Shown here in pieces: positions 21,515 through 32,659 of a stretch of 64,000 nucleotides of DNA (position 1 is the first letter of the stretch; each line of letters opens with the position of its first letter). The position numbers and the translations under genes were made by a program. The stretch is from assembly GCF_026151205.1 (NCBI RefSeq), contig NC_087076.1, forward strand, positions 16,389,142 through 16,453,141. The letters run 5' to 3'. Source of the stretch: Bolinopsis microptera. Its lineage: Eukaryota. A model generated the notes under the pieces. That model made no database searches and was not told the origin of the DNA. It saw only the letters and a program-made list of their open reading frames with translations.

Positions 21515-21536
21515 GATAACCAATTGTTTGGTTATC
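21515..21536. promoter_or_regulatory. Perfect palindrome GATAACCAATTGTTTGGTTATC ~100 bp upstream of GPCR copy 2 start
   Basis: Recurs at 45451-45472, 8 bp upstream of the GPCR copy 3 ATG. Half-site copies (TTGCGATTGTTTGGTTATTAGGATCC) lie at 15895, 21740 and 45650. Confidence 0.25.
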
Positions 21537-21790
21537 AGGATCCTTTATTCTTCTATTATCACACATCCATCTGTTTCTTTCTTTGCGATTTAAAATTGAA
21601 ATCATGAGATTCTGCGGAATGACAGGCTGAGCGCCGCCCAGTAATATTGGTACACGTTCGACACATACTACTACTATAGTTCGACACGTCTAATACCACT
21701 GTTCTTTAGTCACGAAACGTGGACATTGGCAAAAATTGCGATTGTTTGGTTATTAGGATCCTTTATTCTTCTTTTATCACATCAACCACT

Positions 21791-22005
21791 GCGTGAGGAA
21801 GGTGTGGAAACACGTAGTGTTGCAACAAGAGATCTGTAGATACCGGAACACTATCATGATCAAGGTTATAAGACTAGAGGATCTGTCTGATATCTAAAAA
21901 ATAACCCAGATAAGATCAGCATGCAAATATCCAAATTATCCAGCTCCTAATAGTAAGACACCCTGTGGCTCTGGTGATGTTTAGACGGACCGATCCAAAA
22001 GTTGT
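21791..22005 (+). pseudogene. Sulfotransferase internal fragment abutting 5' flank of GPCR copy 2
   Basis: ..VRKVWKHVVLQQEICRYRNTIMIKVIRLEDLSDI..QLLIVRHPVALVMFRRTDPKVV.. with stops; homologous to paralog 1/2 codons ~180-260. Confidence 0.5.
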
Positions 22006-22073
22006 TCCAAATGCTCTAAAATCGGCACGGGTTGTCCCGATACACAAAGGTGGCTCTAAAACAGAAGTAACTA

Positions 22074-22402
22074 ATTTGACCAAAACCCATAATCATGGGT
22101 AGAGTGTACCGCTGCCAGTGTCTCTCTTTTCCAAACAAAAGGAAATGATATTAATTTGAATAACCGTCCGCAAATGCAAATTGATACCGAGAATGAAATC
22201 GGTCGCTCGCTTTTTCCAATCAATAAGCTTTATTACAATTCGTAAGCCGTAATCGAATGGAAAAAGCGAGCGACCGATTTCATTCTCGGTATCAATTTGC
22301 ATTTGCGGACGGTTATTCAAATTAATATCATTTCCTTTTGTTTGGAAAAGAGAGACACTGGCAGCGGTACACTCTACCCATGATTATGGGTTTTGGTCAA
22401 AT
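22074..22402. repeat. Large perfect palindrome / foldback: two 145-bp arms (22074-22218, 22258-22402) around a 39-bp loop
   Basis: The right arm is the exact reverse complement of the left arm. Both carry the internal sub-palindrome CCCATAATCATGGG. Confidence 0.85.
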
Positions 22403-22862
22403 ATCATCTCTTTTTGATTAAAATGTCAGGATAATTTACAAAGCCGAAATGTAAACTCATAACTTCATTAATATTTATATTAATAATTAGGAGGTAATTT
22501 CATCGATTTCGAAATTTTACCTGACTGAATATGGCACTTTTTACTCATTCAAGTTGGCATTAAATTCATATATAATTCCATTTAAATATCGCGGGAAAGC
22601 AGAATTTATTCGAAATCGTGATCACGAATGAGCAAAATTCTCACCTTTCGCACGTGCAAACTTTGAGCGGACTTTGCGTGCGCATACAATATTGAATCAC
22701 CGTAAATTTTTGCATATCAGTATTTTATATATAATTTAATAAGCAAGCAAAGTTTCAGAAGATTTCATATAGAACTTGGATCACAACGGGACTCCAAAGT
22801 TGATAAAAATGGTGAAAACAGCAATTTTCAGTAATTTTAGCAATTTTCTATCAATTTGGGCG

Positions 22863-23804
22863 TGTCCCTAATAAAAGGCTCTTTTCCTTTATATTTTGTT
22901 CAGCAAGGTGACAAGGGAAAGTACTTCAATTTGAATAAACCGTTAAGAATTGTAATTACAATATCTCAGTGTTCCTCAAATACTATGTCAATAATTCGAA
23001 TAGCATAGTTCTTTAACTATAAACATTAACGGTAAACGTCTGCTGTATTCAAACCAAAAAGTGTCCTGCCATCCAACAGGCCCACTCTTAAATATCCTTA
23101 GATAGTATAAACAATCTCCCACTCGTTTTAGCAATCCCTAAACAAATCCCAAACTATCCTTCCTATAGCCAAAACAGAGATGTAAAATTGAACTCTCTGA
23201 TAACCAAAACAGAGATGTTAAAATAAACTTTCTGTTTCCCTAAAATTTTCTGCCCTTAACAATATCTTTAACTATCCTCCTATAGCCAAAATAGAGTTGT
23301 TAAACTGAACTCTTTGATAACCAAAACAGAGATGTTAAAATAAACTTTCTGTTTCCCTAAAACTCTCTGCACTACCCTGCTGTACTAAATGTCGTACACT
23401 AATAAATGCCCTAAAATACTACGGTAAAATACTGTTTAATGTCTAGTACTAAAACTGCTAAAACGAGTATATAACATCCCCACGTGTGCAACTTTTCGAT
23501 TTTCAACTTTAAAACTAGCCTATAACACAATTTAGACCTTTAGAAAGCACAATCGAGCTCCACAACTCAAGGGATGGCCCAACACCAGAGAATACTAATT
23601 CACAACTTTTGTATTTTTATAAAATTATTCTTCAAAAAAGCACTAACTTCAATAGCAAATATCTTTATGAAGGAGCAAGGTAGGAAAATTTTCCGGTAGA
23701 TTTTCAGAATGCTTGAACAATTATCTAAGGTGAAAATGTCCTCAGATTTTGAATAAAATTACTCCTTAATGGTTTAAAATCGATTTGAAAAGTTGTTATT
23801 TTGT
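22863..23804. repeat. LTR (3' LTR if element is minus-oriented)
   Basis: See parent element; this is the downstream copy of the direct-repeat pair (3' LTR if the element is minus-oriented). Confidence 0.55.
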
Positions 23805-24280
23805 AAAATACTACGGTAAAATACTGTTTAATGTCTAGTACTAAAACTGCTAAAACGAGTATATAACATATCCTCCCCACAAAATTTTGTGGAAGTTCTC
23901 CCGTTGCAATTGCAATGGATAACTTTACAAATTCTAATATATATCAAATCTACCTACAAAGTGTTTTTTAAAACCCACATAAACTTGAAAAAAAAATGTG
24001 TCTCTCTTGCTATTAAAACTGGCACCAAAGCTGCCCAAAATCAATGTCATCACCAAGTTGAAAATAACCATGTTCTAATTGATGTCAAGATTAGTATTAC
24101 TTTAAGTAAAGTGTTGTTATGATTCAAACAAGGTTGTTCTCTTCAAATCCCTGATACCGTGATTTTACTGTAAATACTTTAACAAAATACCATTGTGCAC
24201 AAATTATCAAATATATAACGCAAATTACCGTTCCAGTCTATATGACTTTAATTTAGTCATTTCCGACATTTCTCCTCTGA

Positions 24281-25150
24281 TTAAACATACTTCGGTTTAT
24301 TCTTTCTCGGTCTGAGTCCATACTTTCTCCTCGGATCTCTGCCGTCTTCTTCACGACTTATGTCAGCAAGAGTAAGTCCTCTACTATCTATTTCTCCGAA
24401 TTGCATATTTCCCTCTCTGCTCGGTCCAGCAGTTGCAGCCGCTACTTCCGGACTAGAGTCAATGTTTTGAGATTGACTTGAATCTAGTGCATCGTGAAAA
24501 GATTCGGTGGTATCTGCACTTAGATTTAATTGTGGATCTTCTTCCTGACGCGGTACATCGTTGAGCGATGAGTTTACTATCGTGTCATCCAATCCTCGTT
24601 CCTCCTCTTCCACCACAATGGCCGGATCTCCGCTCCCAACTTCAGTTTGTGGTACATCATTTCCAGAACTTGTGAGATTCACTGGTGCTGACGCTTTTCC
24701 TCCACTTTTACTGATCTTAGATGAGGGACAAGGAATTCCTTGATCCCTCTTCTTCTTCCGACTTCTCGTGATGATGTGATAATCATCTGAATCATCTGAA
24801 TCACTATCAGTGACCAGGCTCACTTCACTCATGTTGCCTTCACTTTCCCCGGAACAACCGTTGGGAAATCCCACAGCCGCTCCAGGAACCTTGGTGAGTG
24901 GTTCTCCCCCTTTATAAGGTTTCATCTTCGTGATGCTGGCTTGTATCACGTTGCGACCCCCACGGTTGCGACCCCCACGGTCGTTTCGTCCTGACGATAC
25001 AGGGGGAGCCGCGCACTCCGTGCGCGGCGGGTCATACAACGTATGACAAATGCTGGCCACATTCTTCTCCTGTCCCACCTGTATTTCCATTGTACTGTCG
25101 GTTGAATTCTCCACCGGATCCTCTTCTCCTCCAGCAGTTAGCTCGTACAT
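24281..25150 (-). CDS. Second ORF downstream of gag: acidic/Ser-rich 289-aa protein with basic patch (TRSRKKKRD), unknown function
   Basis: Open frame lying between gag and the downstream direct repeat; low complexity; no recognisable protease/RT/integrase motifs. Confidence 0.3.
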   Translation of the reverse strand: MYELTAGGEEDPVENSTDSTMEIQVGQEKNVASICHTLYDPPRTECAAPPVSSGRNDRGGRNRGGRNVIQASITKMKPYKGGEPLTKVPGAAVGFPNGCSGESEGNMSEVSLVTDSDSDDSDDYHIITRSRKKKRDQGIPCPSSKISKSGGKASAPVNLTSSGNDVPQTEVGSGDPAIVVEEEERGLDDTIVNSSLNDVPRQEEDPQLNLSADTTESFHDALDSSQSQNIDSSPEVAAATAGPSREGNMQFGEIDSRGLTLADISREEDGRDPRRKYGLRPRKNKPKYV

Positions 25151-25235
25151 GTCCGGTCTTGTTGCAATTCCAGCACGTTATGTTCTTGTAACTCCATCCC
25201 CCGTCTCGTTCTCTATTGTGTACTGATCTGGGTCT

Positions 25236-26174
25236 CTAGTTTCTGCTCCTTCCTCGCCATTTGTCCCGATTCTCACCGGACCAAGATCTCGATCTGCCAT
25301 CCCCCGTAGGTCTCTGATAAGTAGTTTCTTCTCGCTCCTCCCGACTATTTTGCCTCGAAAATGAGGGGTAGTGAATGGTTGGCTTGTCAGAAAATGCCGT
25401 TTGTTTCATAATCGAAGAAACAGGAATTTCTCTATCGTTCTCATTCATCATCTTCTCAACGCCTTCTATTTTCTCTGCCAATTTCACTGCTTCCTCAAAT
25501 GAAGCAAAGCTAGCTACATTGAGCTGCTGTATCATATTTTTGCTCCTCACTCCTCGTAAAAGAGCCAAAAGACAATTGTCTTCCGCCACTGTTACATCCA
25601 AGTAAGCTACATTCGACTTCGCCCTCAATCGAAAAACGTACTCACCTATATCTTCTCCTTGCCGCTGACGACAGTTAAGCAGTTCGTTCTTAAGTGCGGT
25701 AGCTTCGTTGCCATAGATGGCTCGCTTGTAGAGCGTACAAAAAAGCTCAGGATCTTTTCTCTCCCTATCACTCAGTTTGACTGCCCTCAGTACCGAATAG
25801 GTTTTGTCGTCCACACTTTGGAGCAAGTGCTCATACAGTAATGGACTCTTCATCCTGGTTATTCTCACGTATGAGAGAAATCTCTCACAGAACATGGAAA
25901 AATCTTCTCCTTTTTCAAACGTCTTCAATTTAGCTGCTCGGGATAATTTTGAATTAAAAATTTTCCCTGATCCGTCATGATCATTTTCACTCTCGTTATC
26001 CTCCAAATCCGAATCGCCCGCTTCGAATAACTCTTTTTTAATCTTTTTCTCCTGCACTTTTAGCTCTTCCAGCGTGGTTCTGATTTTCTCTCGTTCAGCT
26101 TTGATTTTCTCCAACTCCTCTTTCGCTTCAGCCGCTGCTGCAGCTTGTTCTTCCTTGTCACTGCCAATAGTCAT
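25236..26174 (-). CDS. Retrotransposon Gag-like capsid protein (Ty3/gypsy-type Retrotrans_gag fold), 312 aa
   Basis: An N-terminal coiled coil (EELEKIKAEREKIRTTLEELKVQEKKIKKEL) is followed by the core FEKGEDFSMFCERFLSYV...LYEHLLQSV...LLNCRQRQGEDIGEYVFRLRAK. This fits the F.G..F..W...L.Q.g.SV.EY..RF pattern of LTR-retrotransposon Gag. Confidence 0.6.
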   Translation of the reverse strand: MTIGSDKEEQAAAAAEAKEELEKIKAEREKIRTTLEELKVQEKKIKKELFEAGDSDLEDNESENDHDGSGKIFNSKLSRAAKLKTFEKGEDFSMFCERFLSYVRITRMKSPLLYEHLLQSVDDKTYSVLRAVKLSDRERKDPELFCTLYKRAIYGNEATALKNELLNCRQRQGEDIGEYVFRLRAKSNVAYLDVTVAEDNCLLALLRGVRSKNMIQQLNVASFASFEEAVKLAEKIEGVEKMMNENDREIPVSSIMKQTAFSDKPTIHYPSFSRQNSREEREETTYQRPTGDGRSRSWSGENRDKWRGRSRN

Positions 26175-26229
26175 CTATGCTCAAATCACTTCGAGGGTAT
26201 TAACCAATTGATTAATCAGGCTCCAGTTG

Positions 26230-27164
26230 ATAAAAGGCTCTTTTCCTTTATATTTTGTTCAGCAAGGTGACAAGGGAAAGTACTTCAATTTGAATAAACC
26301 GTTAAGAATTGTAATTACAATATCTCAGTGTTCCTCAAATACTATGTCAATAATTCGAATAGCATAGTTCTTTAACTATAAACATTAACGGTAAACGTCT
26401 GCTGTATTCAAACCAAAAAGTGTCCTGCCATCCAACAGGCCCACTCTTAAATATCCTTAGATAGTATAAACAATCTCCCACTCGTTTTAGCAATCCCTAA
26501 ACAAATCCCAAACTATCCTTCCTATAGCCAAAACAGAGATGTAAAATTGAACTCTCTGATAACCAAAACAGAGATGTTAAAATAAACTTTCTGTTTCCCT
26601 AAAATTTTCTGCCCTTAACAATATCTTTAACTATCCTCCTATAGCCAAAATAGAGTTGTTAAACTGAACTCTTTGATAACCAAAACAGAGATGTTAAAAT
26701 AAACTTTCTGTTTCCCTAAAACTCTCTGCACTACCCTGCTGTACTAAATGTCGTACACTAATAAATGCCCTAAAATACTACGGTAAAATACTGTTTAATG
26801 TCTAGTACTAAAACTGCTAAAACGAGTATATAACATCCCCACGTGTGCAACTTTTCGATTTTCAACTTTAAAACTAGCCTATAACACAATTTAGACCTTT
26901 AGAAAGCACAATCGAGCTCCACAACTCAAGGGATGGCCCAACACCAGAGAATACTAATTCACAACTTTTGTATTTTTATAAAATTATTCTTCAAAAAAGC
27001 ACTAACTTCAATAGCAAATATCTTTATGAAGGAGCAAGGTAGGAAAATTTTCCGGTAGATTTTCAGAATGCTTGAACAATTATCTAAGGTGAAAATGTCC
27101 TCAGATTTTGAATAAAATTACTCCTTAATGGTTTAAAATCGATTTGAAAAGTTGTTATTTTGTT
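26230..27164. repeat. LTR (5' LTR if element is minus-oriented)
   Basis: See parent element; this is the upstream copy of the direct-repeat pair (5' LTR if the element is minus-oriented). Confidence 0.55.
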
Positions 27165-27699
27165 AAAAACCAAGTTTTAAAAACACTTAACTTGATGACG
27201 TCATCAAGTGATGATGATGACGTTAAATTATTTTGTAATATAATGGAAACTGGAGTGTAAACGATTATCTTCAAGACCTGTGGTTCGAAATGACTGTATC
27301 TTTTATACTTTTGAATCTACGGACACTTAAATGTAGGCTATAATTGACTGCAAAAGCGTCTATACATACATATATATATATATAATATATATATATACTT
27401 CACGACAATCTGTTGTAAAACAGGGGTTCCAGAAAACCCACTTCCCGATACTCCTGAAACATGAAATTTTTTTTACAGTCGATTTGGACAAGGTCTAGAC
27501 GCCCTGCAAAGTTTCATATCTCTAACTCAATTTTAACATGGTTTTTAAGGCACCTGAATATGGCGATTTTGGGTTTTTTACCTAATTTCGTATAACATGC
27601 TGGCGCGTATTTTGCGCAAATTTCTTAAAAACCTCCACATAACTATTTCTTATTCCTGTCATCTTTAACATTGAATTAGAATGTTTTGAACTCAAATAT

Positions 27700-29300
27700 G
27701 CCTGCTGAACTACTTTCGATGAGTCTTAATGCCTGGAAAACAATAAAGGGGATATACTAGTATAGGGGGTAAATAGTATTGTGAATATAAGGGCGACGGT
27801 AATGCTTGCCAGCATTGTGATTACAGACCAATCTCTTTGCTAAGCTCTTTCTCGAAAATATACGAAAAACTTATGCATAGTCGAGTTCTTGAATTTTTAG
27901 ACTTCAATGGATCACTTTTTGAAAGTCAGTACAGTTTTAGGCCTGGCATGTCATGTGAACACGCTTTACTTAATGCTCAAAATAGTATTCTACACTCTCT
28001 CAACAGTAAGCAAATTGCTGTGCTGCTTCTTCTTGACTACTCTAAAGCTTTTGACGTTATTGAACATCCTATACTACTAAAAAAACTGGAACATTACGGC
28101 ATTAAAGGTTCAGCACTAAAATGGTTCGAGTCCTATCTGAGCGGCCGCCACCAATTCGTGACTGTCGGTGGAGAAGACTCGAGGCCCAGAGAAATCCAGT
28201 TTGGAGTACCCCAGGGGTCGATTTTGGGACCATTACTCTTTGTGATCTATATCAACGACCTTCCAAACATCACAAATTTAGCTAAGTTTATACTGTACGC
28301 AGACGATGCGAATATCATAGTTACTGGTTACACCGAGCAAGAGGTTCAGTTCAAACTAAATCAAATAACCTCGCTCCTGATCAAATGGGTTGATAGCAAC
28401 GGACTTGCTCTCAATCTCAAAAAACTCACTTTATGGTATTTAGCAATCATAGAACGACAACCCTTTCTAACATTAATGTTTCCATAGCTGGAGTAGTGAT
28501 AGATCAAGTGACTGAGGCACGTTTCCTCGGAGTAATAATCGATGATAAATTAACGTGGAGCAAACACATACATGCCGTTAGGGCCAGGATGAATAGATAC
28601 ATGGGTATCATGTACAAAATTAAACGGCACTTACCGTTAAAAGTCCGGCTTCAAATTTATCACAGCTTTGTTCAATCCCACCTCAATTTCTGCTCCCTCG
28701 TCTGGGGTTTCGCAGCCAAATCACACATTGAGTCACTATTCACAAAACAGAAACAAGGTGTGAGAATGGTTATGCCAGGTTACGTCAACTATTTCTACAA
28801 GGACGGCCAATTGCCTGCACACACGGGGGATAGCTTTAAAGAGTATGGAATTCTCACTATTCATGGAATTATCGTGAAGAACGCACTTATATTAATGCAC
28901 AGGATGTAATACTTCCCTGAAACAGTGCCAAAATCAATCAAAGGCCTTTTTCCAAGTAATATCCCTTCAGTTAACTCCAGCCATGAGACTAGCTCTGACT
29001 GGCTTCTTACATACGGTAGTAACACTTTTAGACAATCAGTATTTTTTAAAGGTCCACTGCTTGCCATCACTGAAACAAACTTAAATATAACTTGTCTTCC
29101 CAGCTTATTTTCAATAAACATTTACAAGTCTAATGCAAAACGTGTGCTATTGGAACACCAATCAAGAGGCAACAACGAGGAAAGCTGGCAAACCTTTTTA
29201 CTGAATTTTTTTATTGAAATCTTTCAAATCGATCAATTACATACAAATTTACACAATGAATAAACAACATTAAATTTTCTCAAAAGTATAGGACTCCGAT
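27700..29300 (+). mobile_element. 5'-truncated CR1/L2-like non-LTR retrotransposon (RT domain and C-terminal tail), same family as element at 36499-41444
   Basis: 27790 encodes KGDGNACQHCDYRPISLLS. ORFs 27837-28487 and 28433-28909 carry the RT motifs FDVIEHPILLKKLEHYGIKGSALKWFESYLSGR..FGVPQGSILGPLLF..YADD. There is one frameshift and a C-terminal ..FFKGPLL tail. Confidence 0.6.
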
Positions 29301-29940
29301 AAAATCAGATTTTCTAGGACAAAATGTATGTAATCAAAGGACCTGAGGGTCACCAAAACACAGATGTTAAGAGCAAAATGCACCTCCTGCACAAGTATTG
29401 GCCCACGAAAATCTTGAATTTTAAATAGAATTTCAAATAGAATCACACAAAAATATCAAAAGCAATCAAATCATATAATAAAGTGAAATCCATGATGTGA
29501 TGATATGCACTAAAATGAGAAATGAGAAATACAGACAACAGGGATTTAAGCTCTTATGAACATACTGTTAGCTTTAGGTAGACTGCCTCACATCTCTGTC
29601 ACGAGGGAATAATCTAGATCATAATCAAAGTCCTCCGGCAGAATTTTATCCCACATGTAGGAGGTCAATTTGCTTTTGAACTCAGAAATAGTCTCTATCT
29701 CACGTATAGCTAGAGGAATATGATTCCATTTGGAATGGGTCCTAAAGTAAAAGTTCTAAGCAAAAGCGTTAGAGCTTGCTCGTGGTAAGATTGAGCTTAC
29801 AAAACATAAGTGGTCCATGTGGCTATTTCTTAACCTTCAATGGCCTTGAAATGGTTGCAAATATGAGGGTAAAGTGACAGGTATATGTTGCTTCACAATT
29901 TTAAAGAAGAAAATAAGGTCAAGAAAGTCGAAGCGGTCTT

Positions 29941-32659
29941 CTATGGCATAATCTTAAGCTGTCTGCATTTTTGAATGTATGTGGATGGTGGATAACTCAT
30001 ATACTCCTCGTGAAGAATCCACTTAATAGCACGCTTTTGGAGGCACTCCAGCTTGCTTATCTGGGATTTTGTGACTGGTCTCCATATAACTGAGCAATGC
30101 TCAAATTGACTTCTCATTAAAGTGAGATACAGTACTCTACGACGATTTACATCTTGAACAAAATAGCAATTTCTCCTTGCCATGCCTAATTTTTGGTTGG
30201 CCTTTGAAAGGACTTTAGAGCACTGGTCTTGCCAGTCGAGATTCTTGGTCACAAAAACACCCAGATCCTTTTCATGATCGACATAGTCAAGTGCGATTCT
30301 TCCCATGGAGTATACAAAGTTAAATAGTGGTAGGACACTAAGAAGGGAAACTGTTTCGGATATCCTTCCTGCGACGGTGAGGACCTTACATTTGTCGGGA
30401 TGAAATCTCATTTTATTAGAAAGTGACCAGTCATGGAGATAATCAATGTCCTTCTGCAGTCGCAGGATATCAGACTCCGAAACAATCTCACGCCAAATTT
30501 TAGTATCATCGGCATACAGTGACAGTTGTGTGCCTGGTGAAATCCCCACTGATATATCATCAATGAACATAATGAACAACAAAGGTCCCAAAATTGACCC
30601 TTGTGGTACACCAGACTGGGCGTTTCTCATAGAAGAAAACTTACCACTTATCAAGACCTGTTGTTGCCTGTCTCTTAGATGATCAGTGATGAATTTCAGT
30701 AGCCTCCCATCAATACCAAATTTGCTCTTTAGCTTAAATAATATAAGATCATGGTTAACCGAGTCAAAAGCTTTGGCAAAATCAAAGTAGACTACATCTG
30801 TTCTCATATTTTCATTCAGTGAGAGAGCTAGGCTGTCACATAGACCTACAAGATTAGTTGCACATGATCTTTCAGCTCGAAAACCGTGTTGTTTATCGTC
30901 GATCATGCCGTTAGTAAGTGCAAGTAACTCATCTTTTATTATGCGTTCAAGAACTTTGGTGATTAAGCATGTAAGGGATATTGGCCTATAATTTGAAACC
31001 TCATGTTTATCACCTTTTTTATATATGGGTACAACGTGTCCCAGTTTCCACTCCCTAGGTAGTAGGTAATGTCCCAATGTTGTAACATGAATATAATAAT
31101 AGTGATAATGGGTATGCAAGCCCAACAGCACAGTTTTTCAAAAGTTTCCCATGAATACCATCAGGCCCATAAGCTTTGTTAGGGTCAATATTGGAAAGGA
31201 TTTTGCGGACCCTTTGGTGGTCAAATGCAATATCAAAGCGCCAATCGTTTGAATAATCAATATCTATGTCGTTTAATGATGCTTCAGAGAACTGCTCGAA
31301 GAAAAAGCCATTAAATAAGTTGGCCTGGTCCTCTGGGCAGTTGCGGACAATGCCTTTGTAGCTTACAAACTCAGGAATTCTTTGACTAGCTGTTTTTGAT
31401 TTTACATATGACCAGAATTTTTTTGTTACAAGAGCGCTATCATCTGATTCATTTAATGTTTCTCGCATATTTTGAGCAACCACATTTTTTAAGTTTTTCC
31501 TGGCGAGGGAGAACGCTATTTGGGCTCTATCGCTTTTATGTCTATCTTTATGCAGTCTTATTTTCTTGCGCCATGCATCATAGCACTCTGAGTCAAACCA
31601 TGGATATTGTCCATCTGTCTTAACTGAGCATTTCTTGATGAATTTGTCAGTGATATTGAAAAGTTTTTTCTTAAATTTTTTCCACCCAATTTCAGGTTCT
31701 GTGCCATTAAGCAATGCCTTCCAGTCTGTGTGCCGGAGTTCATGGTTTAGCCACTCCCAGTTCACGTTTTTATAGTTATAGCACATACGCTTAACCGGCT
31801 TCTTCCTATTTACCTTAATGTTGATCTTAAAGTTGATTGGAAAATGATCAGACTTACAGACGCTATCTCGCTCACCTACCATTAGGTCACTGATATTAGA
31901 CTCAGAGTTTGTGAGCAAAAGGTCCAGTGTTTAGCCTTTGCAATGGGTGGGTGTAAGTACACATTGCCGAAGGCCAAGGTCTACAAAAGATTCAACAAAA
32001 ATCTGCTCAATAGGACAGGAGCCGGCCAAGGTAGACCAGGAGACTCCAGTCAGGTTGAAATCTCCCAGGATGAATACTTTGCTTAGCCCTCTTCTCCGAA
32101 GAAGAGTTTTCAGAGATCCAAGAATTTTTTCATGATTTGCAAAGCCCAGTGTACCAACACGATAACATGTACAGATAACAAATTTAATGCCCGTTGATGT
32201 TGTAAACTCCACAGCAAGAATTTCTGCCCCCTCTTTAAGTCGGATTTCTTTCGAGGATAATTGAAGGTCTGCTCTCACAGCAATCATGACCCCGCCACCA
32301 TTTCTCCTAAACCGGGTCGGATTAGAGGGATCAGGTGGATGAGTTCTCTTAGATCTGTCAGAGCGAAATATCTTATATCTATCAGGGTGCAGGAATTCGC
32401 TATCAGCTATGGAGTTTTTAAACCATGTTTCGTTAAGTATTGCAATATCTATATTTGCCTCATTAAGATAAGTTGAAAGACATTTGGTGATATCAAGCAT
32501 TGGGTGGGCATTATTAAGCTCACCGAAGGGAATAAGGCCTTGAACATTCTGAAAGTAAACATTCAATACCTTACTATTCCCCAACCTAATATCTATAGGA
32601 GGGGGTCCTGGGTTTACGATTCCAGGATTTACAAAAATTATCAAAATACCATTCAACAA
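29941..32659 (-). CDS. ORF2 (APE-type endonuclease 31931-32659; RT 29941-31918), frameshifted
   Basis: Endonuclease: NVQGL..LNETW..VFILGDFNL. RT: YRPISLTCL..FRAERSCATNL..YFDFAKAFDSVNHD..SGVPQGSILGPLLF..YADD. Confidence 0.65.

Larger units (their letters stand above)
22863..27164 (-). mobile_element. Non-autonomous LTR-retrotransposon-like element: identical ~940-bp direct repeats flanking a 2.4-kb internal region encoding Gag only
   Basis: The direct repeats at 22863-23804 and 26230-27164 are virtually 100% identical and each contains an internal 2x ~90-bp subrepeat. The interior holds a Retrotrans_gag-like ORF on the - strand and no pol. The canonical TG..CA termini and primer-binding site could not be confirmed. 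Confidence 0.5.
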
